In this document: positions 10,671 to 21,675 of the stretch, one piece after another
How the letters are laid out: each line of letters starts with the position of its first letter
How positions within the stretch are numbered: position 1 is the first letter of the stretch
Origin: an uncultured delta proteobacterium
GTDB lineage: Bacteria; Myxococcota_A; Polyangia; Polyangiales; Polyangiaceae
Reading direction: 5' to 3'
Assembly: GCA_963696385.1 (NCBI GenBank)
Contig: CAVOKF010000008.1
Span: forward strand, 640,001-704,000
Length of the DNA: 64,000 nt
Program-made: the position numbers and the translations under genes
The notes under the pieces: model-generated
Told to the model about the DNA's origin: nothing
Databases searched by the model: none
Seen by the model: the letters and a program-made list of their open reading frames with translations, nothing else

Positions 10671-13148
10671 ATGAGTCTTCGCGTCTGCCATCTTGGCAAA
10701 TTTTACCCCCCCGCCGCGGGCGGCGTCGAGATTCACGTCCAGACGCTGGCGCGTGCGCAAGCGCGCCTTGGTGCCGACGTCCGAGTCATCTGCGTGAGTC
10801 ACAGAAATGCCGCGAAGAGGGACGTTACGTGGGAGAGATTTGCGTCAACCCCGACCGTCAAGGAACGGGACGAGGGCGTTCACGTAACACGGCTAGGCCG
10901 CCGGGCTTCGCTGTCGAGGCTCGATCTCTGCCCCTCGCTTCCGCGGGCGCTGTGGAGGCTGCGCGACGAGCGCATCGACATTGTGCACGTCCACGCGCCC
11001 AACCCGACCATGTTCTTGGCATTGGCGGCGCTTCCGCCGTTTGGCACCTTGGTCGTTACGCACCACAGTGACGTTATCAAACAGCGCGTGCTGGGGCGCG
11101 TCTTTGCGCCGGTCGAGCGGCGCGTGCACAACCGCGCAAGGCTGGTCCTGTCCGATAGCGAAGAGTACGTCGAGGGGTCGGCGGTTCTGCGAGCGCTGCG
11201 TCACAAGGTTAGGGCGCTTCCGTTGGGTCTCAATCTGGCCCCATTCCTGAGCCCATCGCCCGAAGTGCTGGCCTGGGAAGCACGCTTGCGCTTAGAGCTC
11301 GGGCAGCCGTTATGGCTCGCGGTCGGCCGGCTCGTCTACTACAAGGGCCTAACAACGGCCGTTGACGCATTGGCTCAAGTTCCGGGCCGTCTGCTGATCA
11401 TCGGCGCAGGTCCGATGGAGCGAGAGCTCCGTGAGCGGGCCGTCGCTCGCTGCGTCGCCCACCGTATCGAGTGGGCTGGCCAGATCGACCAGAACAAGCT
11501 CCTGGGCGCCTACCGTGCGGCGACAGCCTTGTGGTTCCCCAGCATCGCGCGCAGCGAAGGTTTCGGGCTCGTCCAGGTGGAAGCGATGGCGAGCGGGTGT
11601 CCCGTGATCAACACTCAAATTCCGGGTTCGGGTGTACCTTGGGTATCGCGCGACGGCGAAACGGGCTTCACCGTTCCCCCGAAGGATCCCGCCGCTCTCG
11701 CGGCGGCGTCGGGGCGCTTGCTCGCCGATCCCGCTCTGCGCGAGCGGCTCTCCGCGGCCGCAATCGACCGAGCGTGCCGCGACTTCGACGATGCGGTTAT
11801 GGCTCGGAAGGCCATGGACCTGTATGCGGAAGTCCTCCCGCGCGGGTTGCGAGCCCAACGGCATGAGCCACGACGTCGGGGGCGTGCCGACACGATGGAA
11901 GAGGATATGTCGCTTGCGGGCCCCAATGGGCATCATCCGCCGCCCGGACTCGCAAACGGCGTCGCTCGCCCAAAACCGGAGCGCTTGCGCACTCTGCACG
12001 TGTATAGCGGCAACCTGTACGGCGGCGTGGAAGTATTTTTGCGGACGCTCGCTCATTATCGAACGGACGCGCCATGGATGGCAACAGACGTAGCGCTATG
12101 CTTCGAGGGTCGACTGGTGCGCGAGCTTCGGGCCGAAGGCATCGATGTTCATTTAATCGGGCGAGTGCGCGCAAGTTCCCCCTGGCTGGTCTACGCGGCG
12201 CGTGCTTCGCTCACCCGGCTGCTCGATTCAGGCAACTACGATGTTGTCGTGTGTCATTCAGCGTGGCCTCACGCGCTGGGCGCCCCGGTAGTTCGCAAAG
12301 GCGGGTTGCCTCTTGTTCATCATATGCACGACGTTCCAAACTGGCGCGGATGGCCCAATCTTCTCGCCAATCGAACCCCACCGGACCTTGTGATCTGCAA
12401 CAGTGAATTTACGGCCCGCTCAGGCAGGTGGTTCTTCAAGCACGTGCCCCGGCGCGTGGTTCGATATCCTGTCTCGCTCGCATTCGAAAAACGGCAAGAA
12501 GGCGGCCGTGAAGCTTTGCGAGCGTCCCTGGGCGCGGCCATAGACGCGGTTGTCGTACTCCAAGCGAGTCGCATGCAGCCTTGGAAGGGCCAGCACGTTC
12601 TTCTTTCGGCTCTCGAGAGGCTGCCGAAGAGCGCCCCCTGGGTGTGCTGGATTGCCGGCGCCGCTCAGCGCCCATCGGAAATGAGCTACGAGCGTGAGCT
12701 TCGCTCTACGGTGGAAAGGCTCGGATTGGCGGGGCGCGTAAGATTTCTCGGTCAGCGAGAAGACGTTCCGGCCCTCATGAGGGCGGCCGATATCTTCTGT
12801 CAGCCCAACGTGGGCCCCGAGCCGTTCGGAATCGTGTTCATCGAGGCTCTCGCCGCTGGACTGCCCGTCGTCGCCACGAAGTTGGGCGGAGCTGTCGAAA
12901 TCATCAATCCCTCGTGCGGCCTTTTGGTGGAAGCCAATGGCGCCTCGGTAGCTGAAGCGCTCGATGAACTGATACGGGACGAGCGCAAGCGTCGTGCGCT
13001 CTCGACGGCGGCGGCCCGTCGCGCGCACGAACTGTGCGCGCCCGGAGCCCGCGTATGCGATCTGGCGGCCGTCCTTGGCGCGCTCGTCGAGGGCCGTTCG
13101 ATTCTCGGGGACCGTCGGCGCGGCATCCACCGTCAACGGCGATCGTAG
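10671..13148 (+). CDS. Tandem GT4-GT4 glycosyltransferase (possibly two genes joined by an indel)
   Basis: Two complete GT-B units, with EGFGLVQVEAMASG and EPFGIVFIEALAAG motifs. Confidence 0.8.
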   Translation: MSLRVCHLGKFYPPAAGGVEIHVQTLARAQARLGADVRVICVSHRNAAKRDVTWERFASTPTVKERDEGVHVTRLGRRASLSRLDLCPSLPRALWRLRDERIDIVHVHAPNPTMFLALAALPPFGTLVVTHHSDVIKQRVLGRVFAPVERRVHNRARLVLSDSEEYVEGSAVLRALRHKVRALPLGLNLAPFLSPSPEVLAWEARLRLELGQPLWLAVGRLVYYKGLTTAVDALAQVPGRLLIIGAGPMERELRERAVARCVAHRIEWAGQIDQNKLLGAYRAATALWFPSIARSEGFGLVQVEAMASGCPVINTQIPGSGVPWVSRDGETGFTVPPKDPAALAAASGRLLADPALRERLSAAAIDRACRDFDDAVMARKAMDLYAEVLPRGLRAQRHEPRRRGRADTMEEDMSLAGPNGHHPPPGLANGVARPKPERLRTLHVYSGNLYGGVEVFLRTLAHYRTDAPWMATDVALCFEGRLVRELRAEGIDVHLIGRVRASSPWLVYAARASLTRLLDSGNYDVVVCHSAWPHALGAPVVRKGGLPLVHHMHDVPNWRGWPNLLANRTPPDLVICNSEFTARSGRWFFKHVPRRVVRYPVSLAFEKRQEGGREALRASLGAAIDAVVVLQASRMQPWKGQHVLLSALERLPKSAPWVCWIAGAAQRPSEMSYERELRSTVERLGLAGRVRFLGQREDVPALMRAADIFCQPNVGPEPFGIVFIEALAAGLPVVATKLGGAVEIINPSCGLLVEANGASVAEALDELIRDERKRRALSTAAARRAHELCAPGARVCDLAAVLGALVEGRSILGDRRRGIHRQRRS

Positions 13149-13205
13149 GACCTTCGCTTCCCCTGACCACGCCAGCTCGCAACCGTCGATCCGCGCGCCC
13201 CACGT

Positions 13206-14601
13206 ATGAAAGCGACGTCGCTTCACGGCACGACGTCTCCGCCCACCGCCGGGAGTGCGACGGCGGCGCACCTCGCGCTGCGTGCTTCGCGACCGGCCCC
13301 AGTGTTGGCGGCCCTGTACTCACCTTGGTTTCTCTACGCCGTAATGGGTGGAGAGTTCCTTTGTCAAATCGCCCTCCTATTCCCTTTCTTGGCAAAGGGC
13401 CGCGTTTTTCTTCGTGTGGGGGCGTTCGGCTCGAATCTTATCATGTTCTTTGCGCTCCGTCGCCCAGCCAAGGCCCATCCAGCGTCACGATTCGCCGTAA
13501 TTGCTTTGGTCACGATCGCCGCAAGCATTCCGCGACCGGATTCGGACAGCGTCTGGGCAGGCGTGGCAGCACTTTTTCACCATTTGGCCATTCTGGCGCC
13601 GGTGTTCTGGGTGCCGCGCGTCGCTATTGACGCGAAGACCGTCCGGCGAGTCTTTTTGTGTTACTGGCTCTTCAATACCGCAAGTGCGCTTGTCGGTGCT
13701 TTGCAAGTCTATTTCCCCGGACAATTCCAGCCCGCTTTTGCTTCGAACTTGGAGGACAGTTACATCGAGGGGCTTCAGATCACGCTGTCAACCGGCTTCA
13801 GTATGCTGCGGCCGATGGGGCTAACCGATACCCCAGGCGGAGCCGCAATGGGTGGCGTCTATTGCGTGATTCTCGGCATAGGGTTTCTCATGGATCGATC
13901 GGGGTGGTGGTTCGAAGATCCTGGTCGTGGTCAGCATGGCACTGGGGCTGTTCACCCTGTACCTGTGCGAGGTGCGGTCGGTCGCCGTCATGCTTGCCAT
14001 AAGCATCCTTGCGCTCGGGCTTCCCTTGGTCGCCCAGCGTCGGGTCGGTCGCTATGCGTTTCTGCTTGCGGTGGTGTCGACCGTCGCGGTGTTTGGTTTT
14101 ATGCTTGCTTTATCCGTTGCTGAAAAGCACGTGACGGACCGATTTTTGACACTCTTCGAGTCGGATCCCGGCACAGTCTACTACGAGAACAGAGGGGCCT
14201 TTCTTCAGCATACGTTCTACGACCTGCTCCCCCAATACCCTCTTGGTGCCGGCCTCGGAAGGTGGGGGATGATTCATGGCTATTTTGCCGACTCGCGCAG
14301 CCGCATCGAGGCCCTTTGGGCCGAGATTCAATGGACCGCATGGCTGTACGATGGTGGTATCCCATTGATGCTGGCTTACGGAGCGGCAGTGGTCACAGCG
14401 TTGCTAACGGCACTCCGCATCGCTAGTCGACCCGATGGCGCGGAAGGCGAAATCCAGAAATGGGCAACCGTTTTATTTGGATACGGCATAGGCGCATTGG
14501 CGTTAACGTTCAATAACCCAATGTTCGAGGGCACCAATGGGCTCGAATTTTGGTTGCTCAACGGGACCGTGTTTGCAGCTAGCCAGCAGGCAACTCGGTG
14601 A
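13206..14601 (+). CDS. Wzy/O-antigen ligase-like polymerase (apparent frameshift at ~13912)
   Basis: Many TM segments split over ORFs 13206..14123 and 13927..14601; RPMGLTD and YPLGAGLGRWG motifs; flanked by GT genes. Confidence 0.7.
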
Positions 14602-14632
14602 TGCCCCATCGGCAGCGGGTCTACGAAAAAAA

Positions 14633-15769
14633 ATGACATCGCAATACGCAATCGTTGCGAGTGACTTCGTCCGAACAGGAGGGATGGATTGGGCAAACTA
14701 CTCGCTTGCGAGCTATCTAGCCCGCTCGGGCCGGGCCGTTCACCTGATTACTTACCGTGTCGAGGGCGATCTCGGATCGCATCCCAACGTCGTCGTGCAT
14801 CGTGTGCCGAAGCCAGCCAACGCATATGCACTCGGCGGTCCCCTTCTCGGCGCCGTCGGGCTCGCGCACGCTGCGCAACTCGTGTCGCGGGGCGGCGCGG
14901 TTCTATCGAACGGGGGCAATTGTCCCTTTCCTGGGGCAAACTGGGTTCATTACGTTCACGCGGGGCACTGGCCGCTCATGGCGCTGGGGGGCTGGCGTCG
15001 GGCAAAGGCACATAGTCAGCATTGTTTGAATACAGTAAGTGAGCGCATTGCACTGCGCATGGCACGTGTCGTCATTGCGAACTCCGAAATGACACGACGA
15101 CAGATCATCGAACGTGTCGGAGTGACTGCCGACCGCGTGCGGACCGTGTACTACGGTACCGATCCAGCGCGCTTCCATCCCTTCTCGGCGGGCGCACGCG
15201 CTAAGGCATGCGATTCGCTCGGGTGGATCGCGGACCGACCGCGGGTCGCATTCGTCGGCGGGCTTGGGGATCGGCGGAAGGGATTCGACGTGTTGTACGA
15301 GGCGTGGCGTCTTCTATGTCGCTCGGAATCGTGGGACGCGGATTTGGTTGTTGTCGGGCAGGGGGCTGAGCTTCCGTTGTGGCGGGCGGCGGCGGCGCGT
15401 GACGGGCTGATGAGCCGCATCGCGTTTATGGGGCTTCGAAACGACGTTCCCAGAATTCTTGCGGCTTGTGATGCGCTAGTGGCTCCAGCCCGGTACGAGG
15501 CCTACGGCCTCGGTGTCCACGAGGCGCTGTGCTGTGGAATTCCGGCGATGGTCTCCGCGGCGGCGGGCGTCGCTGAGCGCTATCCATCGTCTCTCCGGGA
15601 CCTTCTCGTGGAGGATTCGGAGAGCCCCGATGCCTTGGCGTCATGCCTCATGCGGTGGCGAGAGCGAACCTCGGATGTTCCCGCTCTGATGATGAGCTTC
15701 TCGGAGCAACTGCGCGCTCGCACGTGGGACGACATGGCTCGGGAGATCACGTCGTTGTGCGACGCCTGA
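14633..15769 (+). CDS. Glycosyltransferase family 4
   Basis: DFVRTGGMD N-terminus; RKGFD and YEAYGLGVHEALCCGIP motifs. Confidence 0.88.
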   Translation: MTSQYAIVASDFVRTGGMDWANYSLASYLARSGRAVHLITYRVEGDLGSHPNVVVHRVPKPANAYALGGPLLGAVGLAHAAQLVSRGGAVLSNGGNCPFPGANWVHYVHAGHWPLMALGGWRRAKAHSQHCLNTVSERIALRMARVVIANSEMTRRQIIERVGVTADRVRTVYYGTDPARFHPFSAGARAKACDSLGWIADRPRVAFVGGLGDRRKGFDVLYEAWRLLCRSESWDADLVVVGQGAELPLWRAAAARDGLMSRIAFMGLRNDVPRILAACDALVAPARYEAYGLGVHEALCCGIPAMVSAAAGVAERYPSSLRDLLVEDSESPDALASCLMRWRERTSDVPALMMSFSEQLRARTWDDMAREITSLCDA

Positions 15770-15915
15770 TCACGGGCTCATCATGACGTGCAGCGTGTGC
15801 TTTCGGCAAACGTGCGTGAACCTATGACCGCGGACCGCTACTTTCGGTGGGGGGAGGCCCCTGAACCGCGGGGGGGGGCCGCGCAGCCAGACGCAAGATC
15901 GCATTTCGTGTGGAC

Positions 15916-16798
15916 TCATCGAGCATCGTTCAACTCCTGGTCACATTGGCGTTTCAGGGCTTCCATGCACGCCGCGGCCTCGGCGCTGGCGCGACCCACC
16001 TGCGCGCGCTGCGGCTCGGTGGCCCCGTCGATCGCACCGCGTACGAGCCGACCGTGGGCCCGGCGGGCGACCGCCCACACGATGCCCAGGTCGTCCAGAA
16101 GGTGCTCGACCGGCGTGCGCTCGGCGCTGCCCTCGCGCGCCTGTTCCTGCCGCGCACGCAGCACCAAGAGCGGATCGCGCATGCACAACTCGCGGGTCTG
16201 CACGTTGCCCCCGGCGTAGGTCGCGCCGCGCTCAGCCATCTGCCGGCTCGACGGACGACTCGGCGCAATCGCATCGGCCAACCGCTCGCAGTCGCCTTCG
16301 TTGGCGCGCGCCAACGGCACCAGGTACTTCATCGCCGCGTGCGCTTCGATCGCTTCCGAGCGCACATGGTTCTGGACCGACGCCGGTAGCGCCATGACCA
16401 GCGCCAGCCGCCGGCTCACCCAGCTCGGCGTTCGGTCGAAGCGGCGCGCGAGCTCGTCGCGGCTCAAGCCGAAGCGATCGGTCATTTCGCGAAGAAACCA
16501 CCCCTGCTCAATCGCGCTGTCGGCCTCGCCGGCGCGAAGCAGCCGCTCCAGCACCAGCGCATCCGCCTCACTCAGTTCCCAGGCCGTGGCCCGGACCGTG
16601 TCGTGGCGTAGGCGCCGCAACGTGCGGACCCGCTTGTATTCCGTCGACGACGATGGGCGCGCAGCCGTCGCACACCACGATGATCGGCATCCGCTGACCG
16701 ACCTGCGCGATGGACGCCAGAACGCGCCGCTCACGAAGCGCGCTTCGCGTGCGCAGCGACTCGTAGCGAAGGTCCAGTTGCCCCAGCTCCAGCTCCAT
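15916..16798 (-). CDS. ParB/RepB/Spo0J N-terminal domain protein with HTH (apparent frameshift at ~16640)
   Basis: LASIAQVGQRMPIIV..VVDG/YKRVR ParB box; LSRDELARRFDRTPSWVSRRLAL HTH. Confidence 0.8.
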
Positions 16799-16893
16799 CG
16801 GCGGCGCGGCCGACAACAGCACGCCCCCGCTCTCGGTTTTCGCGTGCCCCGGGCAAGTCCGCCGGATTCCTACGAAGAATCAGGTACTTGCCT

Positions 16894-17223
16894 TCATATC
16901 TCGTCTTTCGCGACCCCCACGAGCACTCTCCCCAAAGCCCCAAGGAATCCGGCACCTTGCGCCCCGAACTCGTCTTTCGCCAGGTCCCAGGGAAGTCGGG
17001 TCAGCGGCGGCGCCCCCCGCGGTGGCGGACCGCGCGGATCCGCTGCCCTCCGTGCGATCCGGTTCGCGATCGCGTACTCCGGGTGACGCGTCCGCCACGC
17101 CGCTTGCGTCCGTTTGCGCAGCTCGGCGTTGCACGCCCTCGAGCACGCCCGCTGACGCTCGCCTACGCGAGGATCAGGACGGAACCATCGACGACAGATC
17201 GTACAAGGACGCGGCCGGCACAC
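16894..17223 (-). CDS. Small Cys-rich putative Zn-finger protein
   Basis: RPCTICRRWFRPDPRVGERQRACSRAC; lies directly upstream of the ParB-like gene. Confidence 0.65.
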   Translation of the reverse strand: MCRPRPCTICRRWFRPDPRVGERQRACSRACNAELRKRTQAAWRTRHPEYAIANRIARRAADPRGPPPRGAPPLTRLPWDLAKDEFGAQGAGFLGALGRVLVGVAKDEI

Positions 17224-17309
17224 CCCCGAGCATCGCTTCCCGCCACGCTTCCCGAGGCGGACCTTTTCTCGCGAGTGCGCACACCCGGGTCATTTCTGGC
17301 GAGCGTTGA

Positions 17310-18702
17310 AGTCCTCGTCCGAGAAGAGGACCGGTCGCCACGCTTCGCGCATGTGCCACTCCACGTAGAAAGCGAGCGTGCACAGGAAGATGTGCGCTCG
17401 GACTCGGTTTTCCAAGTGGTGAATGGGGCGCACCTTCAAGTCGATCGTCTTGATGGATCGGAATGCGCGTTCGACATTCGTGAGCTTCTTGTAATGGCGA
17501 ACGGCCTGTTCGTCGCTGGTCGACTCTTGGCTCAAGGACGTACGAATCACGTATACGCCGTCGAGTGCTGCCTCCTCTGCGATGCGATCCTCGCGGAGGC
17601 GATACTCGAATGTAGAATCATGGATTTCGAGTAAGAAGTGCTTGGCCACCTTATGCTTGTTGATCACTTTTCCGATCCGTAGCCCGATCGCTGCTTTGCC
17701 CACCAGCTTTCCGCGAACCACAATTCTCTGCACCGCGTCGAGTTCTTTGCGTGTCGCGTCGAGAAGGCTCTGGCGCTTGTGTGCGCGCAATCGTGCGAGG
17801 TCGTGGTTCTTGCATGCGATCAACCGCTCACCGGCAAGTTTGGGTCCCGCACGGAAAACAGATTGCGTTCGTCGAAGAGTCCGAGTTGCAGAACGCCCGA
17901 GTGCACGAGGGATCGAATGCGACCGCTCTTGAGCGCGGTAACCCAGGTCGTCCCACCGGATTTGCGAAGTGACGAAATCTGTTTCTCCGTGATCATCCCG
18001 CGCGGTCACCCACAATCACGAATCCGTCAATTCCGAAGTCGGATCAAACACGCTCCACCTGGTCGAGGAGCGTCGTTGAATCGGATGCGTTTCCCTCGTA
18101 AACCTGGACCGCAATGGGACAGCCCCGTTCATCGGTGAGAAGGCCATAGTTGACCTGCAGCTTGCCCTTCTTGCCATCGCGGTTGTATCCGAGCTTGGCA
18201 AGTGGACATTGGTGTCCTTCAAAATAGCTCAATGACAGATCGTAGAGCACCAACCCTTGCTGGCGCAGGTGACGCGTCGCCAACTTCTTCTCGATCGCGT
18301 CCTGCCGCTCGAAGAGCCGACCCATGGCGTCGTACAGGTCATCTTCGGTCGCATCCGCAATCCCGAGGTCTTCGGGCAGGGTCGTGGTCTTCCAGGCCCT
18401 CTTCGTCGCGAGCATGCTCTGGGCATCGGTGATGCGCGCCACCAACAGGGCCATCACCACATCGCCCTGGCGGCTTGGTTGCTTGTCGGTCGATGAGGAG
18501 CTCGAGCCCCAACTTGCGAATGACTTGCCGAACGGCGTCGACCGCACCGTGGCTTTGGTCGCGGACCTTTCGGATCGGCCCGTCCGGGCCAAACAAGGGC
18601 TCCTTGCGGAGCGCTCGCCGCATCCCCTCCACCTGCTTTTCCGTCAACGACGACAGCAAGATCGCGAACTTCGGCGATTTCGGTTCAGGAACTTCAGCCT
18701 AG
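17310..18702 (-). mobile_element. IS1634-family transposase pseudogene
   Basis: LYDLSLSYFEG..CPLAKLGYNRDGKKGKLQVNYGL and DGVYVIRTS..VERAFRSIK..VRAHIFLCTLAFYVEWHM in several frames. Putative IR ctaggctgaagttcc at 18702-18688. Confidence 0.9.
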
Positions 18703-18925
18703 AGCGATCGTCGCGTTGACGTCATTGCCCCGACCGCAACAGAGCGCGACCGCTTGCTGCCCCACGAGCATGGCTCGGAGCGACTCGTTGTCGGCAAGCA
18801 ACCGTCCACCTCGCGACGCAAGGCGGATAGCTCGGCCTCGCGTCGTTTCAGTGCTCGAGCCCTCGAAGCGTCTGGGCCATTCATCGTCTCTGCTCCGGTT
18901 CTCCCCCAAACGAGCATCGCCTTCA

Positions 18926-19900
18926 TCAACGACTCCTCGCCGTTCTGACCGCTTGGCGCACTCGCACGACGCATGTAGCTCCGACCTTCGCTACCCGTTT
19001 TGGCATTGCCGCAATTACCTTGTGCGCCAGCACTCCCACAGGTCGCTCGCGCATGAACGGATAGTACCGGTGCTGCAACATAACGCGCGCTCCCTGAATA
19101 TCCCCCTCGCGCAGAGCACTGCTGACCGCACTCATCAAAAGTCTAGTCATGAATTTTCGCTTTAGCAGCTCGACATGAGCCGGCACGTGGATAGGATCGA
19201 GGTACTTGATGAGCCGCCCCGTTGCCAGGCCTGCGGAGGTTTGCGACAGGGGATGGACGCGGTATTCTGCGAGGAACTGTGGGACGAACACGAATAATTT
19301 TGCTTCAGCGGCGATGCGGGCAAATATTTCGATGTCCGGCGTGTTTAGGTCTTTCTTCATCCCCAGTCTCTTCGCGTCGGCCGCTCGAATGAGCGATGCT
19401 GACATCGGGACCGAGTTGCGCCATACACTAGCCGCGGGGTCGCTAACCTCGCCGCTCGCAAGGCGATCTCGGCCGTACAAGGTAGTGAATTCGCGCGTCA
19501 GCTTATCATTTCGATTGCCCTTCTCATTGATTACATGATGGTTCGCGAAGATGACGACAGCCTCCGGAATACGTGCCGCAAGCATCTCCTCAACGAATTT
19601 AGGTAGCAACCTATCGTCATCGCCCATAATGACCAGGTATTCGCCACCGGCCCAGCCAATAAGCGCATTGCAGTTCCCGCCGAGACCGAGAGGTATTTCG
19701 TTTCTTCGGTATCGGACGCGCGGGTCAAGACGCATTTGTTCAAGGACAAATTCGCGGATCGATTCCTCACCCGCATCGTCCGAGACCAGAACCTCGAGGT
19801 CCTTGTGTGTTTGAGCCAATGCCGATGCGACCGCTTCCCGCAGATACGCGAGGCGTCGCTCGGAGCGCGTTGGAATACAAATGGAGACTAGGATGGACAC
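18926..19900 (-). CDS. Glycosyltransferase family 2
   Basis: VSICIPT..LREAVASALAQT..EVLVSDD N-terminus; GDDD DxD motif. Confidence 0.92.
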   Translation of the reverse strand: MSILVSICIPTRSERRLAYLREAVASALAQTHKDLEVLVSDDAGEESIREFVLEQMRLDPRVRYRRNEIPLGLGGNCNALIGWAGGEYLVIMGDDDRLLPKFVEEMLAARIPEAVVIFANHHVINEKGNRNDKLTREFTTLYGRDRLASGEVSDPAASVWRNSVPMSASLIRAADAKRLGMKKDLNTPDIEIFARIAAEAKLFVFVPQFLAEYRVHPLSQTSAGLATGRLIKYLDPIHVPAHVELLKRKFMTRLLMSAVSSALREGDIQGARVMLQHRYYPFMRERPVGVLAHKVIAAMPKRVAKVGATCVVRVRQAVRTARSR

Positions 19901-20089
19901 TTGGACCAGGATGCCTGAGACAGGCGGGTACGGTCAAATCGAGCCTAGGCCGTCGTGTGCGTTCCTAGGGTCCTATGTTCTTGTCCCTATACGCGAACGG
20001 ATACCCCGACGCACGGGGTCGAAGGGCGTGCGCGACGAAGTTCGCGTATATCGGAAGGGACTTGTGGAAGCACTTCGGCGAGGGGGAAG

Positions 20090-21471
20090 AAGGTGCTCGA
20101 CGCCGCCGCCCCATCGGACGAGCCGAAAGAGGCCGCCTCGCCTGCGCCGAGCGATAAGCCGCGCGAGCGGACGAAAAATACGGCTCCGACGGGCCGGCGC
20201 GATCTCTCCAAGTGCGACTTGCCCGAGATTCGTGTCGAACTGTCCGACCCCCAGCTCGACGGAAAGGCCGAGCGAATCGGGGTCGAGGAGACCTCGCGCG
20301 TGGCTTTCGAGCGCGGCGGATACCGGCGCCTGATCGTCGCGCGCGTCGTGTACAAGGAGCCCGAGCCAAGCCCACCCCCTCCCACCGAGGGCCCGACCGA
20401 CGGGCGGATCCCGGCTGTCCCGACGGAGCCGTCGTACCGGTTCATTACCGCGCCGATGCCCAAAGAGATCATGGCGCGAGACATGCTCGCGCCATCAATG
20501 ATCGCCCACGTGCTCGCCATCAAGTACGTCCTGGGCGTTCCCTTCTATCGCTACGAGCAGCAATGCGCGCACGAAGGCTTTGCCCTCGATCGCGGCACGA
20601 TGTGCCGGTACTCCGAGCACGTCGGCGCAAACCTCGGCTGCATTCGTCGAGGCGGCGCGCAAAGAGGCCATCGCGACCGCGTTCTGCTTGTCCACCGACG
20701 CCACCGGCGTCGCGATTCAGCCCATCCCCCTGCCCGACGGAACACACCAGCCCTGTCGCAAGGGACACTTCTTCGTTATGCTCACCGACGAGGGTCACGT
20801 CTTTTTCGACTTCCAGCCCAAGCACACCAGCCTCGCGGTCTGGCAGATGTTCAAGGGGTTCTCCGGCTACGTGCAGGCCGACGCCTACGCGATCTATGAC
20901 GCGCTTTTCAAGGGCATCCCCCGCCCGCTCGTCGACGCCTTCTTCACGTGGGCCCGCGCCGAGCACGACAAACGCCCCGAGCGCGGGCTCGTCGCCACCG
21001 CCCTCGGATACTCCATTCGCCACGAGAAGGCGCTCCGCCGTTTTCTCGACGACGGTAGGCTCCGCATGGACAACAACTCCGCGGAGCGCGAGTTGAAGGT
21101 CATCGCCGTCGGCCGCCGGGCATGGTTGTTCTATGGCTCCGACGACCACGCGGGGGCTGCCGGCAACACCCTGTCGCTGATCGCCTCGTGCAAGCTCCAC
21201 CGACTCGACCCCGAGCTGTACCTCACGGAGATCATCCGCATCCTGCCGTACTGGCCCCGCACCCGGTACCTCGAGCTCGCCCCGAAGTATTGGGCCGCCA
21301 CGCGCGCACGCCTCTCGCCCGACGAGCTCAAGCTGCCGCTCGGGCGTATCACCGTGCCTCCGCCCCCCTCGAAAGAGCAGACCTCGTCGAACTGAACGAC
21401 CGTCGTTCACGCACGCGAAGATGCCCCCTGCCGCTTCGGTACGCCATAACGCCTCTTCGTGCAGCGCTTAC
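20090..21471 (+). mobile_element. tnpC: IS66-family remnant (partial tnpC with internal deletion, right IR)
   Basis: KYVLGVPFYR, STDATGV, VQADAY and MDNNSAERELK..GRRAWLF motifs. The CWAHxRR segment is absent. IR gtgcagcgcttac (reverse complement GTAAGCG...) ends at 21471. No tnpA or tnpB seen. Confidence 0.9.
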
Positions 21472-21675
21472 TCTGCAACGGCACCGCCGGGACGGACGGC
21501 AGCGTGCCGAGCGACGCATCCTTGGCCAGCGAAGGCGGGAACGCGGCGACGCTGCGGGTGAGCGGTGGGGAGGCCGGGGCAGCCTGCGTCCGCTCCCCTC
21601 CTCCCGCGCCGGCGGCAACGTACGTGAGCCAAGTCAGCGACCTCACACCTCGCGCGACGCTCAGGTCACTCCCGC

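Larger units (their letters stand above)
15880..17309 (-). mobile_element. Left part of an IS21-family-like element: terminal repeat, Zn-finger ORF, ParB-like ORF and a 5' stub of istA
   Basis: Minus-strand tcaacgctcgccagaaatgaccc at 17309-17287 resembles IS21 ends. The ParB stop overlaps an ATG at 15926 that encodes MLDESTRNAILRLA, an IstA-like start that then breaks off. Confidence 0.6.

Noticed and set aside
18699..18926. Short ORF after the GT2 gene as a functional gene
   Set aside because: It appears frameshifted and cut by the IS1634 end; no family is recognisable.
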